Source of the DNA: an uncultured candidate division Zixibacteria bacterium
Lineage (GTDB): Bacteria > Zixibacteria > MSB-5A5 > UBA10806
Length of the DNA: 64,000 nucleotides
Direction of reading: 5' to 3'
NCBI GenBank assembly: GCA_963801605.1
Contig: CAWDFP010000006.1
Location: forward strand, 1,152,001 to 1,216,000
The notes below the pieces were generated by a model. The model did no database searches. It was given only the letters and a program-made list of their open reading frames with translations, and was not told where the DNA came from. Shown in pieces: positions 30,904-40,557 of the stretch; the stretch's first letter is position 1; each line of letters opens with the position of its first letter. The translations under genes were made by a program, and so were the position numbers.

Positions 30904-31235
30904 AACCCTGCATTTTTTGTGAAATTGCCCAAAATAAATTAAAAGCTCAAATCCTGTATGAAGATGATCAATTTGTCGCATTCGAGGACACTCATCCTCA
31001 AGCCCCCACCCACTTCCTGGTAATCCCCAAAGAACATATCGAAACGATTCTCGATACCAGCGAGCAAACTCTTGGCCGTATGATGGCCATTGCTGTTCAG
31101 GTGGCTAAACGTAAGGGCCTCGATGCCGACGGTTTCCGCACCGTAATTAACTGTAAACGTCACGGCGGACAGACGGTTTACCATCTTCACGCCCATGTCA
31201 TGGGCGGCCGCTGGTTTTCCTGGCCGCCGGGCTGA
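30900..31235 (+). CDS. hinT: HIT-family nucleotide-binding protein (HinT)
   Basis: CIFC, PQAPTHFLVIPK, GQTVYHLHAHVMGG, WPPG. Confidence 0.93.
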   Translation: MKPCIFCEIAQNKLKAQILYEDDQFVAFEDTHPQAPTHFLVIPKEHIETILDTSEQTLGRMMAIAVQVAKRKGLDADGFRTVINCKRHGGQTVYHLHAHVMGGRWFSWPPG

Positions 31236-31237
31236 GA

Positions 31238-31401
31238 GCCGCGGGTTCCGCATCCCGACCAAAGGTCGGGACGAAATCCGAACCATTCAGTTATGCCTCA
31301 GGCTGAAAGATTTTTTTAGGCGGTTGCCTGAGGCATAACTTTCCATATAAACCGGAATTCTTTTTTTCGGTCCCCGGGACCGAAAAAGCGGAACCCGCGG
31401 C
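31238..31401. repeat. Four-stem palindromic element, copy 2
   Basis: 14-bp terminal inverted repeat gccgcgggttccgc/gcggaacccgcggc; same first and last inner hairpins as copy 1, different central arm. Confidence 0.85.
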
Positions 31402-31493
31402 CTATGGGAGTGAATAAGCCAAAATCCTTCTATCCAACCCCAATCCCCACTCGCATTTATATAGGCTAAATTGAAAAAATGGACGGATAATCA

Positions 31494-31522
31494 TTGACAT
31501 TCTGTTTCGCTATTTTTATTTT
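31494..31522 (+). promoter_or_regulatory. Sigma70-like promoter for the EF-G gene
   Basis: TTGACA-17 bp-TATTTT. Confidence 0.55.
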
Positions 31523-31551
31523 GGTTATCTGTTCAAAATTGTTTTGGAGGC

Positions 31552-33639
31552 ATGATGAAAGAAGAGACAATTGAAAGGGTGCGAAATATAGGATTGGTGG
31601 GCCATGGCGGTACCGGCAAGACTACGCTCAATGAGGCAATACTGTTCGTCGGAAAAGCTATCGGGCGCATGGGAAGTGTAGATGATGGTTCATCCGTTTC
31701 CGATTATAGCGAGGATGAGAAAAACAGAAAAATTTCAATTAGCCTGGCAATCTCTCATCTCGAATGGGGTAGCCATAAATTTAATATAATCGATATGCCC
31801 GGTTACACCGACTTTGTAGGAGAGGTCGAAGCCGGATTGAGTGTCTCTGATTTTGCCCTTATTGCCGTCAACGGTGTCACGGGTATTGAGGTAGGAACAG
31901 ATACGATCTGGCGTATCAGCCAGCGATTAGGGCTTCCCCGCGGCTTTTTTATAAATCGCATGGATAAAGAGCACGCCGATTTTGATAAAATCGTGGGCCA
32001 AATTCAGGAGTCCTACGGCGCCAGAGCAGTAGCGGTAACGATGTCATGGGGAGCGGGTCCCACCTTCAAGGGGATAATCGATATTATTTCGCAGAAAGCA
32101 TATACGCATGATAAATCCGGCGGAGTTAAGGAAGTCGCAATTCCAGGGGATCTCAAAGGGGCCGCTGACGCTTACCGCGAGAAAATCATGGAAGCTGCCG
32201 CCGAGGCCGATGACGCCTTATTGGAAAAATTCTTTGAGGCTGGTGAACTTACTCCCGATGAACTCAGGGATGGTTTGAAAAAGGGAATCGCTACCGCTAA
32301 GATTTATCCCATTTTCGCTGGTGCGGCCTTAGAGACAGCCGGTATCCCGGCCTTTCTTGATTTCGCCGCCGAATTTTTCCCGGCTCCGGATTATATTGGC
32401 GAAAAAGAGGGTTTACTTCCCGGTACCGATAAACCTGTCATTCGTAAAATTTCGGTCAATGAGCCTACATCGCTGTACGTTTTTAAAACAATCTCAGAGC
32501 CGCACGTTGGTGAGCTTTCGTTTTTTAAGGTATTTTCGGGCAAAATCAGTACCGGCGATGATCTTTTGAATGTAAATATCAATTCTTCAGAGAGAATCGG
32601 CCAGATTTTCGAGATGAAAGGCAAGGATCGCAAAGAGGTCGGAACCACTTCAGCTGGTGATATCGGGGCCTTGGTAAAATTAAAAAGCACTCATACCGGC
32701 CATACTCTCGCCGATAAAAAAACTCCAATTCAATTTAAGCCGGCGCCCATTCCTAATCCGGTTATCAGAATGGCGAGCAAAGCCAAAGCCAAAGGCGATG
32801 AAGAAAAGATCGCTACGGGCCTGGCGCGGCTCCGTGAAGTTGACCCATCATTCAAGCTTGAGGTTGATCCCGAGATTAAGCAAACCATAGTTTCCGGGCA
32901 GGGAGAGCTGCATCTTGCCGTAATTATTGACCGCCTGAAAAGTAATTTTGGCGTTGATGTTGAACTTGAAAAGCCCAAGATTCCTTACAGAGAATCGATC
33001 AAATCAAAAGCTGAAGCTCAGGGGAAATATAAAAAGCAAACCGGTGGCCGCGGCCAGTATGGTGATTGCTGGCTCAGGCTCGAGCCGCTACCAAGAAGTA
33101 CTGGTTTTGAATTCGTCGATGAGGTCGTCGGCGGTGTGATTCCCGGAAAATTTATCCCATCCATTGAAAAGGGTGTGGTCGAGGCGCTGGAGAGCGGGCC
33201 GCTTTCGGGAAATCGTGTTGTGGATATTAGAGTAACGGTTTATTATGGCTCTTACCACGATGTTGACTCATCAGATATGGCGTTTAAAATTGCCGGTTCG
33301 ATGGGTTTCAAGAATTGCTTCGCCAAAGCTGACGCTTACCTGCTTGAGCCTATTTATAATGTCGAAGTCATGGTTCCCGAGGATTATATGGGCGATGTTA
33401 TGGGTGATATCTCATCACGGCGCGGCAAAATCATGGGCATGGAACGTGATGGTAATATGCAGAAAATCAAAGCTCAGGTGCCCCTTGCCGAGCTTTACAA
33501 ATACTCAACCTCACTTCGTTCGTTGACTCAGGGTCGTGGATATCACACTATGGAATTTTCACACTATGAGGAAGTACCGCGCGAAATCGCCGGCAAAGTG
33601 ATCGAGGAAACCAAGAAAGAAAAAGAAGAGGAGAAATAA
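31552..33639 (+). CDS. fusA: Elongation factor G paralogue (EF-G2-like, outside the str operon)
   Basis: GHGGTGKTT, DMPG, NRMD, KQTGGRGQYG, GSYHDVDSS; RKISI replaces the canonical RGITI. Confidence 0.9.
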   Translation: MMKEETIERVRNIGLVGHGGTGKTTLNEAILFVGKAIGRMGSVDDGSSVSDYSEDEKNRKISISLAISHLEWGSHKFNIIDMPGYTDFVGEVEAGLSVSDFALIAVNGVTGIEVGTDTIWRISQRLGLPRGFFINRMDKEHADFDKIVGQIQESYGARAVAVTMSWGAGPTFKGIIDIISQKAYTHDKSGGVKEVAIPGDLKGAADAYREKIMEAAAEADDALLEKFFEAGELTPDELRDGLKKGIATAKIYPIFAGAALETAGIPAFLDFAAEFFPAPDYIGEKEGLLPGTDKPVIRKISVNEPTSLYVFKTISEPHVGELSFFKVFSGKISTGDDLLNVNINSSERIGQIFEMKGKDRKEVGTTSAGDIGALVKLKSTHTGHTLADKKTPIQFKPAPIPNPVIRMASKAKAKGDEEKIATGLARLREVDPSFKLEVDPEIKQTIVSGQGELHLAVIIDRLKSNFGVDVELEKPKIPYRESIKSKAEAQGKYKKQTGGRGQYGDCWLRLEPLPRSTGFEFVDEVVGGVIPGKFIPSIEKGVVEALESGPLSGNRVVDIRVTVYYGSYHDVDSSDMAFKIAGSMGFKNCFAKADAYLLEPIYNVEVMVPEDYMGDVMGDISSRRGKIMGMERDGNMQKIKAQVPLAELYKYSTSLRSLTQGRGYHTMEFSHYEEVPREIAGKVIEETKKEKEEEK

Positions 33640-33658
33640 CTCTTCTATTCGAGATTAA

Positions 33659-33697
33659 AAGAGGTCCCGGGTTAATGCGGGGCCTCTTATTATTTTA
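33659..33697 (+). terminator. Stem-loop/terminator after the EF-G gene
   Basis: aagaggtccc...ggggcctctt followed by a T-rich tract. Confidence 0.5.
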
Positions 33698-34596
33698 TGA
33701 TAGGACTTTCTACAAGTATATTCACTAAATTGCCTGGTTCGGAAATTGTTGAAAAGGTCGGCAGTCTGGGAATAGCCCAGATCGAGCTTGGTTTTACCCT
33801 CACCCCAAAACAGGTCACGGATATTATCCGAGCGGCCAGGGAAAACGATATTCAAATATCCAGCCTGCATAATTTTGTTCCCGAGCCTCCTGAGACAGAG
33901 CGCGGGATCATGCTTAGCGATATCGACCAATCGTTACGTAATAAAGCGGTGCAGCTTACCAAAGATACTGTTATGCTGGCCTCCGATGTTGGAGCACGGG
34001 CGGTTGTGGTTCACATGGGACAACCGCGAGGTTGGGACTACGAGACAATTCAAAAAGAGCTTCGCGAGGCAATCCGCTCCAAAGCTTCACCCGATGATAT
34101 TGAGGCGTTACGGACACGATTTCAAAAAGAACGGATGTCGCTGCCAGGCGCATATCTTGATTCAATGCTCCGCAGTCTCGATGAAATCCTGCCCCTTTCA
34201 GACGATTTGGATATTAGCCTCGGGGCAGAAAACCGCTTTTATTATGGTCAATTCCCCAATTTTGAAGAACTTGGAATATTGATTCAGGAATTTTCCGGTT
34301 CAAGGCTGGGATACTGGCATGATTGCGGCCATGCCAGGCAAATAGAATATTGTGGATTAGGTAGCTCCGTCGAAGGATTAGAAGCGTTCAGAGAGCTTTT
34401 GGTTGGCATTCATTTGCACGATACCAAATTATGGACAGATCACGAGCTTCCCAGCCCCGATGGCGATATTGATTTCAGCTACCTTAAACCCTTTATTAAT
34501 AGCACCACGATATTGAATCTCGAACCCGGTAAGTGGGTCGATCCCAAGCCGTTGCAGGCGGCTCTTGATCATTTACAATCGGCCGGAATAGAGTAG
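33697..34596 (+). CDS. Sugar phosphate isomerase/epimerase (xylose-isomerase/AP-endonuclease-2 TIM barrel)
   Basis: SLHN, VVVHMG, GAEN, WHDCGHA, IHLHD, HELP motifs. Confidence 0.8.
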   Translation: MIGLSTSIFTKLPGSEIVEKVGSLGIAQIELGFTLTPKQVTDIIRAARENDIQISSLHNFVPEPPETERGIMLSDIDQSLRNKAVQLTKDTVMLASDVGARAVVVHMGQPRGWDYETIQKELREAIRSKASPDDIEALRTRFQKERMSLPGAYLDSMLRSLDEILPLSDDLDISLGAENRFYYGQFPNFEELGILIQEFSGSRLGYWHDCGHARQIEYCGLGSSVEGLEAFRELLVGIHLHDTKLWTDHELPSPDGDIDFSYLKPFINSTTILNLEPGKWVDPKPLQAALDHLQSAGIE

Positions 34597-34732
34597 TTAG
34601 GCGATATTATGCCGTTCATTATGACTGATAAATGGGCTTTTCCGATCCATCCAGAGAAACATATTGCTAAGTTGGTGTTAGTGTGTTAATTTTGAGAAAA
34701 TTGTTATAATGATTTAGTGAATAGGAGGCGCC

Positions 34733-35485
34733 ATGTCTGGCCATTCTAAATGGTCCACCATTAAGCGGAAAAAAGGCAAATTAGACGAGGAACGCGGCAA
34801 AATGTTCACGAAACTGATCCGTGAAATTACAGTCGCGGCCCGCGAAGGAGGCGGAGACCTCGAATCTAACGCCAGGTTGCGGACGGCCGTAAATACGGCT
34901 AAAGCCGCCAATATGCCGGCAGATAATATCAAAAGAGGAATCCTCAAAGGAACCGGCGAACTTGAGGGCGTTCATTACGAACAATCAACCTATGAAGGGT
35001 ATGGGCCCGGCGGTGTTGCTGTCCTGGTTGAAACCCTGTCCGATAATAAAAATCGAACGGTAGCCGAAATCAGGCATATTTTCACTCGGCATAACGGTAA
35101 CCTCGGTGAGGTAGGATGTGTCGGTTGGATGTTCGATCGCAAGGGATATATAGTCGTTGACAAAGGCACAATTGATGAAGATGCTCTGATGGAAAGGGCT
35201 CTTGAGGCGGGGGCATCGGATTTCGTGGTTGGAAACGATATTTATGAGATCTATACCGAGTTCGTCGATTTTGATTCTGTAAGGTCTACATTGGAAAAGG
35301 CCGGTGTTAAATTCGCTACGGCCGAAATCAGTATGATTCCCCAAACCACCGTTAAGCTTGAAGGTAAGCCCGCTGAACAGATGATTAAGCTCTATGAGGA
35401 ACTCGAAGATCATGATGATATCCAGAGGGTCTTCGCCAACTTCGATATCGACGAATCGCTGTTGCTCAAGCTGTCCGAGGCTTAA
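34733..35485 (+). CDS. yebC: YebC/PmpR-family protein
   Basis: [28 protein letters not shown]. Confidence 0.95.
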   Translation: MSGHSKWSTIKRKKGKLDEERGKMFTKLIREITVAAREGGGDLESNARLRTAVNTAKAANMPADNIKRGILKGTGELEGVHYEQSTYEGYGPGGVAVLVETLSDNKNRTVAEIRHIFTRHNGNLGEVGCVGWMFDRKGYIVVDKGTIDEDALMERALEAGASDFVVGNDIYEIYTEFVDFDSVRSTLEKAGVKFATAEISMIPQTTVKLEGKPAEQMIKLYEELEDHDDIQRVFANFDIDESLLLKLSEA

Positions 35486-35488
35486 GGC

Positions 35489-35968
35489 GTGTGCCCGATC
35501 GTTCTGGGCATAGATCCGGGTTTGCATCGTACTGGATATGCTGTCGTAGAATACAATAATAAGGACCCCAAATTATTGGAAGCTGGTGTCCTGACAACCA
35601 AAGAAACAGACAAGCTGCAAATTCGGTTGAAATCGATATATGATAGCGTTCAAGAGGTAATCGAGGATTTCCATCCCGACTTAATTGCAATCGAAAACCT
35701 CTATTCACATTACAGTCATCCTTTGACCGCGGTAGTGATGGGACATTCCAGGGGGATTATCTTCTTGTGCGCTGCGCACCACAATATTCCAATAACATGT
35801 TACGCAGCCACGAGGATAAAAAAGTCAGTTACGGGCAATGGACGGGCGCCTAAAATGCAGGTTCAGAGGAGCATTCAAACTATAATGAAACTTGAAAAAC
35901 TTCCGGATCCGCCGGATGTCGCCGATGCAATTGCAGTGGCTCTTTGCCATATCGAGGCCGGCCGATGA
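35489..35968 (+). CDS. ruvC: Holliday junction resolvase RuvC
   Basis: LGIDPG, IKKSVTGNGRAPK, DVADAIAVALCH. Confidence 0.95.
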   Translation: MCPIVLGIDPGLHRTGYAVVEYNNKDPKLLEAGVLTTKETDKLQIRLKSIYDSVQEVIEDFHPDLIAIENLYSHYSHPLTAVVMGHSRGIIFLCAAHHNIPITCYAATRIKKSVTGNGRAPKMQVQRSIQTIMKLEKLPDPPDVADAIAVALCHIEAGR

Positions 35969-36621
35969 TATCCAGAATTAGGGGCATTCTTGAATCAATA
36001 GATGAAACCACGTCGGTTGTGAGTGTCGCCGGGTTATACTACGAAGTAATGCTGCCATCGGCGCTGGCTGAATCGATGCACAATACTACCGCTATCGGTA
36101 ATGAGATTATATTTTATACAATCGATTATATTGAATCGGCTCAGGTTGGAAATCAATACCCCCGGCTGGTTGGATTTGCCGATCAGGTCGATAAGGAATT
36201 TTTCAGCATTTTCACGTCAGTTCCGGGGCTTGGAGTAAAAAAAGCTCTGAAATGCTTAACCATGCCGATCAGCGATATCGCCCGCGCAATCGAAACGAAT
36301 GATCTGGCGGTGCTCAAAAAATTACCGGGAATAGGCCCCAGGTTGGCTGAGAAAATCGTCGCCGAACTTAAGGGGAAAACGGCCCGTTTCGCTCTGGCTC
36401 GGGAAAGCAAGCCTCTGGCCAAACCGGAACATAAACCTGATTTCGCTGATGAGGTCATGCTGATCCTTTTACAGTTGCAATATCGACGATCCGAAGCGCA
36501 GGCTATGCTTGACAGGGCTATAGCCACCGGAAAGCGGTTTAAATCATCAGAGGACTTATTGAATCAAATATTCAAACAGACCACAAAATTGGATACTAAA
36601 GAAACAGAAGAAATAGAATGA
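35965..36621 (+). CDS. ruvA: Holliday junction helicase subunit RuvA
   Basis: MISRIRG, HhH motifs VPGLG and LPGIGPRLAEKI; ATGA overlap with ruvC. Confidence 0.92.
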   Translation: MISRIRGILESIDETTSVVSVAGLYYEVMLPSALAESMHNTTAIGNEIIFYTIDYIESAQVGNQYPRLVGFADQVDKEFFSIFTSVPGLGVKKALKCLTMPISDIARAIETNDLAVLKKLPGIGPRLAEKIVAELKGKTARFALARESKPLAKPEHKPDFADEVMLILLQLQYRRSEAQAMLDRAIATGKRFKSSEDLLNQIFKQTTKLDTKETEEIE

Positions 36622-37640
36622 GAGAACGAATCGTAACGCCCGGAAAGGTATCCGAAGAAGAAGAACAGTATATTGCCAGTCTTCGGCCAAGAAGGCTCGA
36701 AGACTTTATCGGCCAGAAAAAACTGACTGAGAAGCTGATCGTTTCCATCAAGGCTGCACTTCAAAGAGCTGAACCTCACGAGCACATGCTTCTATATGGT
36801 CCTCCCGGGCTGGGCAAGACGACTTTGGCTCATATCCTGGCGCAGGAGATGGGCACCAAGCTGGTGGTCTCTTCGGGTCCTTCTCTTCAAAGGACCGGCG
36901 ACCTCATGGGCATATTGACTAATCTGGAGCAGGGCGATGTCCTGCTAATCGACGAAATTCATCGGTTAGCGCCGGCGGTAGAGGAATTCATCTATCCAGC
37001 CATGGAAGATTTCAAGGTTGATTTCATTGTCGATAAAGGCGCCTTTGCCCGCGTTATAAACGTTCCGCTCAAGAAATTCACTTTAGTAGGCGCGACTACA
37101 CGAGCCGGGCTTATCTCTGCTCCTCTTCGGGATAGGTTTGGAATTGTTCATCATCTTGATTTTTATCCTCCGGAGGAGCTGGCATTAATCGCTAAGCGCT
37201 CGTCGGGAATTTTAAATGTTAGTATCACTGATGATGCCGCATTCGAGGTTGCCGGGAGAAGCCGGGGCACACCGAGGATTGCCAATCGCCTCCTTCGCCG
37301 CGTGCGCGATTACGCCCAGATCAAAGGGCAAAAGGAGCTAACTGTCGAAGCGGTCAAGGAATCATTGGCGCTCGAAGGAATCGATAGTCAGGGTCTCGAT
37401 GATCTCGACCGCCGCTTGATCCGTATAATAGTTGATTATTATAACGGCGGACCGGTGGGCATAGAATCGCTGGCGGCAACGTTAAATGAGGAATCGGATA
37501 CTCTTGAGGAAATGGTAGAGCCGTTTCTTCTTAAAATTGGTTTTATCAAACGTACCTCAAAGGGCAGAATAATTGGGGATGCCGCCTTGAGACATCTTGG
37601 ACTTAAGGTCAAAGGAGATACCCAACAAGATTTGCTATGA
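36618..37640 (+). CDS. ruvB: Holliday junction helicase RuvB
   Basis: LRP, GPPGLGKTT, IDEIHRL, GATTRAG, RGTPRIANRLL. Confidence 0.97.
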   Translation: MRERIVTPGKVSEEEEQYIASLRPRRLEDFIGQKKLTEKLIVSIKAALQRAEPHEHMLLYGPPGLGKTTLAHILAQEMGTKLVVSSGPSLQRTGDLMGILTNLEQGDVLLIDEIHRLAPAVEEFIYPAMEDFKVDFIVDKGAFARVINVPLKKFTLVGATTRAGLISAPLRDRFGIVHHLDFYPPEELALIAKRSSGILNVSITDDAAFEVAGRSRGTPRIANRLLRRVRDYAQIKGQKELTVEAVKESLALEGIDSQGLDDLDRRLIRIIVDYYNGGPVGIESLAATLNEESDTLEEMVEPFLLKIGFIKRTSKGRIIGDAALRHLGLKVKGDTQQDLL

Positions 37641-37740
37641 GTTTGAGTAGAAGGATTTATATTACACTACCTGCAGCCATCATTTTACCCAGGGTGGCTC
37701 TTATAATTTTTAATGGGGTATAAAATTGGGTGAATTATTG

Positions 37741-38781
37741 ATGAGCCTTAATATCGAAGATTATAATTATTATTTGCCCGAGGGTCGAGTTGCTTTCTAT
37801 CCGGCCGAACCGCGAGATACTTCAAAGCTGCTTTATTTACCACGATTTAGCGGACTCTGTCGGCATCTAACATTTACGGATTTTCCGGATTATCTTAAAA
37901 GCGGCGATGTTTTGGTTCTCAATGATTCTAAAGTCTTTCCGGCTCGTCTCTGGGGACATAAGAAAGGGAGTGGCGGCAAAGCCGAAATATTCCTTTTGCA
38001 GGAATTCCCGGACGGTACGTGGGAGGCTTTAGTTAGGCCGGGAAGACGATTACCGCCGGGTTCAGAGATTGAATTTTTCGACGGAAAGCTTCTGGCTACT
38101 CTTGGAGACCGCACCGAAAGCGGCGGGCGTTTAGTCAGATTTGAATCTGAAAGTGATCTTCTATCGCTTATCTGGCAGTATGGAGAGGTGCCGTTGCCTC
38201 CTTATATCGATCGCAAAGCGGAAGAATCCGATAAATCGCGATATCAGACAATTTATGCCGAAAATATCGGCGCCGTGGCAGCTCCCACCGCCGGATTTCA
38301 TTTCACTGAAGAGATCATAAATAAAATAAGGGATATTGGAGTTCAAGTAGTCAAATTAACTCTTCATCCCGGGCTGGGTACTTTTCGGCCGATAACGCAC
38401 GATAAAATCGAAGATCATAAAATGCATCAAGAGCGCTTTTTTATTCCCGAGGAAACATCAAAGGTAGTCAATCTGGCTCGCCAGGAGGGAAGAAGAATAA
38501 TCGCCGTGGGAACTACCAGCGTGCGAGCCCTGGAATCATCCTGCGATGAAAATGGGATATCCATTCCGGGCGGCTGGAGGGAAACCCGGCTTTTTATAAC
38601 GCCGTCCTATGAATTTAGATTTATCGATGGCCTGTTGACCAATTTTCATCTTCCCAAATCAACCTTGTTACTATTGGTTTCGGCTTTTGCCGGCCGCGAT
38701 CGTATATTAGCCGCATATAAAGAAGCAATAGATAACGGGTATCGCTTTTATAGTTATGGCGACGCCATGCTGATAATATGA
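37741..38781 (+). CDS. queA: S-adenosylmethionine:tRNA ribosyltransferase-isomerase
   Basis: PLPPYI, YQTIYA, AAPTAGFHF, TNFHLPKST, YSYGDAM. Confidence 0.96.
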   Translation: MSLNIEDYNYYLPEGRVAFYPAEPRDTSKLLYLPRFSGLCRHLTFTDFPDYLKSGDVLVLNDSKVFPARLWGHKKGSGGKAEIFLLQEFPDGTWEALVRPGRRLPPGSEIEFFDGKLLATLGDRTESGGRLVRFESESDLLSLIWQYGEVPLPPYIDRKAEESDKSRYQTIYAENIGAVAAPTAGFHFTEEIINKIRDIGVQVVKLTLHPGLGTFRPITHDKIEDHKMHQERFFIPEETSKVVNLARQEGRRIIAVGTTSVRALESSCDENGISIPGGWRETRLFITPSYEFRFIDGLLTNFHLPKSTLLLLVSAFAGRDRILAAYKEAIDNGYRFYSYGDAMLII

Positions 38782-39473
38782 AAGTTTCAAGGAATATCGC
38801 AATTGTAGTGGCTGCCGGAACGGGCAGTCGAATCGGAGGAGAGCTTCCCAAGCAATTTCTCCCGCTGGGAGGGAAACCGATGGCGGTCCATTGCCTGGCA
38901 TTATTCGAACGAAGCGCTCTCATCGATGAGGTCATCCTGGTGGTTAATGAGAATTACCTGAGTTATGCTTCCCAGGCTATTGTCGATGAGTACCATTTTC
39001 ATAAGATCAGGAAGATTACTTGCGGCGGCAAGACTCGTCAGGAATCGGTCCTGGCCGGCCTTTCGGCTTGTCCGGCAGGGATCGACCTGGTGGCTATCCA
39101 TGACGCCGCCAGGCCATTTCTCACTAATGAGCTTTTTGAACAGGTAATGGCTAAAGCATCCGGGACGGGCGCTGCCATCCTGGCGGTTCAAACCAAGGAT
39201 AGCGTCAAAGCTGTAGATAAGGGCATCATAACTAAATCTCTCAAGCGCGACACAATCTGGTTGGCTCAAACTCCACAGGTTTTTCGTTTTGATGGAATTC
39301 TCGACGCCTATAGACGCGCCGAAGCTGCTCGAAATGATGCTACGGACGATTCGGAGTTATATGAGCAATATTGCGGTCCGGTGGCAATTGTGCCGGGGAG
39401 TTATAATAATATTAAAATCACAACACCCGCCGATCTGGTACTGGCCCAGGAGATAATAAAAGGACTTATATGA
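38778..39473 (+). CDS. ispD: 2-C-methyl-D-erythritol 4-phosphate cytidylyltransferase
   Basis: AAGTGSR, PKQF, HDAARP, QTPQ, NIKITT. Confidence 0.95.
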   Translation: MKVSRNIAIVVAAGTGSRIGGELPKQFLPLGGKPMAVHCLALFERSALIDEVILVVNENYLSYASQAIVDEYHFHKIRKITCGGKTRQESVLAGLSACPAGIDLVAIHDAARPFLTNELFEQVMAKASGTGAAILAVQTKDSVKAVDKGIITKSLKRDTIWLAQTPQVFRFDGILDAYRRAEAARNDATDDSELYEQYCGPVAIVPGSYNNIKITTPADLVLAQEIIKGLI

Positions 39474-39949
39474 AAGACTTTCGTATTGGCCACGGTTATG
39501 ACATCCACCGGCTGATTGCGGGCCGTAAGCTCATATTGGGCGGGGTTGAGATTGAATTTGAGAAAGGACTCGACGGCCATTCCGATGCCGATGTGATTTG
39601 CCATGCGGTTATGGATTCTCTTCTGGGTGCAGCAGCGCTTGGTGATATTGGCGGACATTTTCCCAATAATGATCCCGCCTATAAAGGCGCCGATTCGCTT
39701 AAGCTTCTATCCCATGTAAGAGATTTGATTTCCGATGCGCATTATTCAATTGGCAATATCGATATCACCGTGATTGCCGAGAAGCCCAGGCTGGCTCCTT
39801 TTATTCCGCAAATGATTTCGAATATTTCCCGTATTCTCGGTGTTTCGCCGGCGGCTGTGTCCATTAAGGCTACTACCAATGAGGGTTTGGGTTTTATAGG
39901 GCGAGAGGAGGGGATGGCCGCGTTTTCGGTGGCTCTCCTGCATAAATGA
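39470..39949 (+). CDS. ispF: 2-C-methyl-D-erythritol 2,4-cyclodiphosphate synthase
   Basis: GYDIH, GHSDADV, KATTNEGLG. Confidence 0.96.
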   Translation: MKDFRIGHGYDIHRLIAGRKLILGGVEIEFEKGLDGHSDADVICHAVMDSLLGAAALGDIGGHFPNNDPAYKGADSLKLLSHVRDLISDAHYSIGNIDITVIAEKPRLAPFIPQMISNISRILGVSPAAVSIKATTNEGLGFIGREEGMAAFSVALLHK

Positions 39950-40557
39950 GTTTCGATCAAATTCTGGAATTTATCCGCTCCCAGAATGAATTTATTATCT
40001 ACGGTATTCTTCTGGTTAGCGCCTTTATCGAAAATGTTTTTCCTCCGTTCCCGGGAGATACGGTGACATTGGCGGGCGCCTATCTTGCAGGCGAAGGGAA
40101 TATCGCTTATATTGGAGTTCTGTTATCGGTCGTAATCGGCGGAATCGTCGGGGCGATGACCCTATACGTATTAGGGAAAGTAAGCGGGCGGCCGTTTTTT
40201 GAAACGGGCCGGGGCCGGTATTTGATAAAAGGAAGTTTGCATCGGATTGAAATGAAGTTCGATAAATATGGCAGCGGAATAATCCTAACGTCGCGTTTTA
40301 TTCCCGGAATCAGGTCGGCCATTGCCGTTACCGCCGGAATAGTAAAGTATGACGTTTATCGGATGGCAGTTCTCTCGACGATCAGTATTTTCCTGTGGAC
40401 CGGCATGCTGATGGGGCTTATGATTTATTTTAAGTCCAATTGGCGGTTGATTGCACATTTAATAAGCCATTTCAATATAGTGTTTCTGATTATAGGAGCG
40501 CTGCTTTTAATAGGATGGATAGTAAGGGCGTTGTGGAAAAGAAGAAATACAAAATAG
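39946..40557 (+). CDS. DedA-family membrane protein
   Basis: ENVFPPFPGD, RFIPGIR. Confidence 0.9.
   Translation: MSFDQILEFIRSQNEFIIYGILLVSAFIENVFPPFPGDTVTLAGAYLAGEGNIAYIGVLLSVVIGGIVGAMTLYVLGKVSGRPFFETGRGRYLIKGSLHRIEMKFDKYGSGIILTSRFIPGIRSAIAVTAGIVKYDVYRMAVLSTISIFLWTGMLMGLMIYFKSNWRLIAHLISHFNIVFLIIGALLLIGWIVRALWKRRNTK

Noticed and set aside
37637..37723. 28-codon ORF between ruvB and queA
   Set aside because: It overlaps the ruvB stop and is hydrophobic, but is too short and has no recognisable motif.
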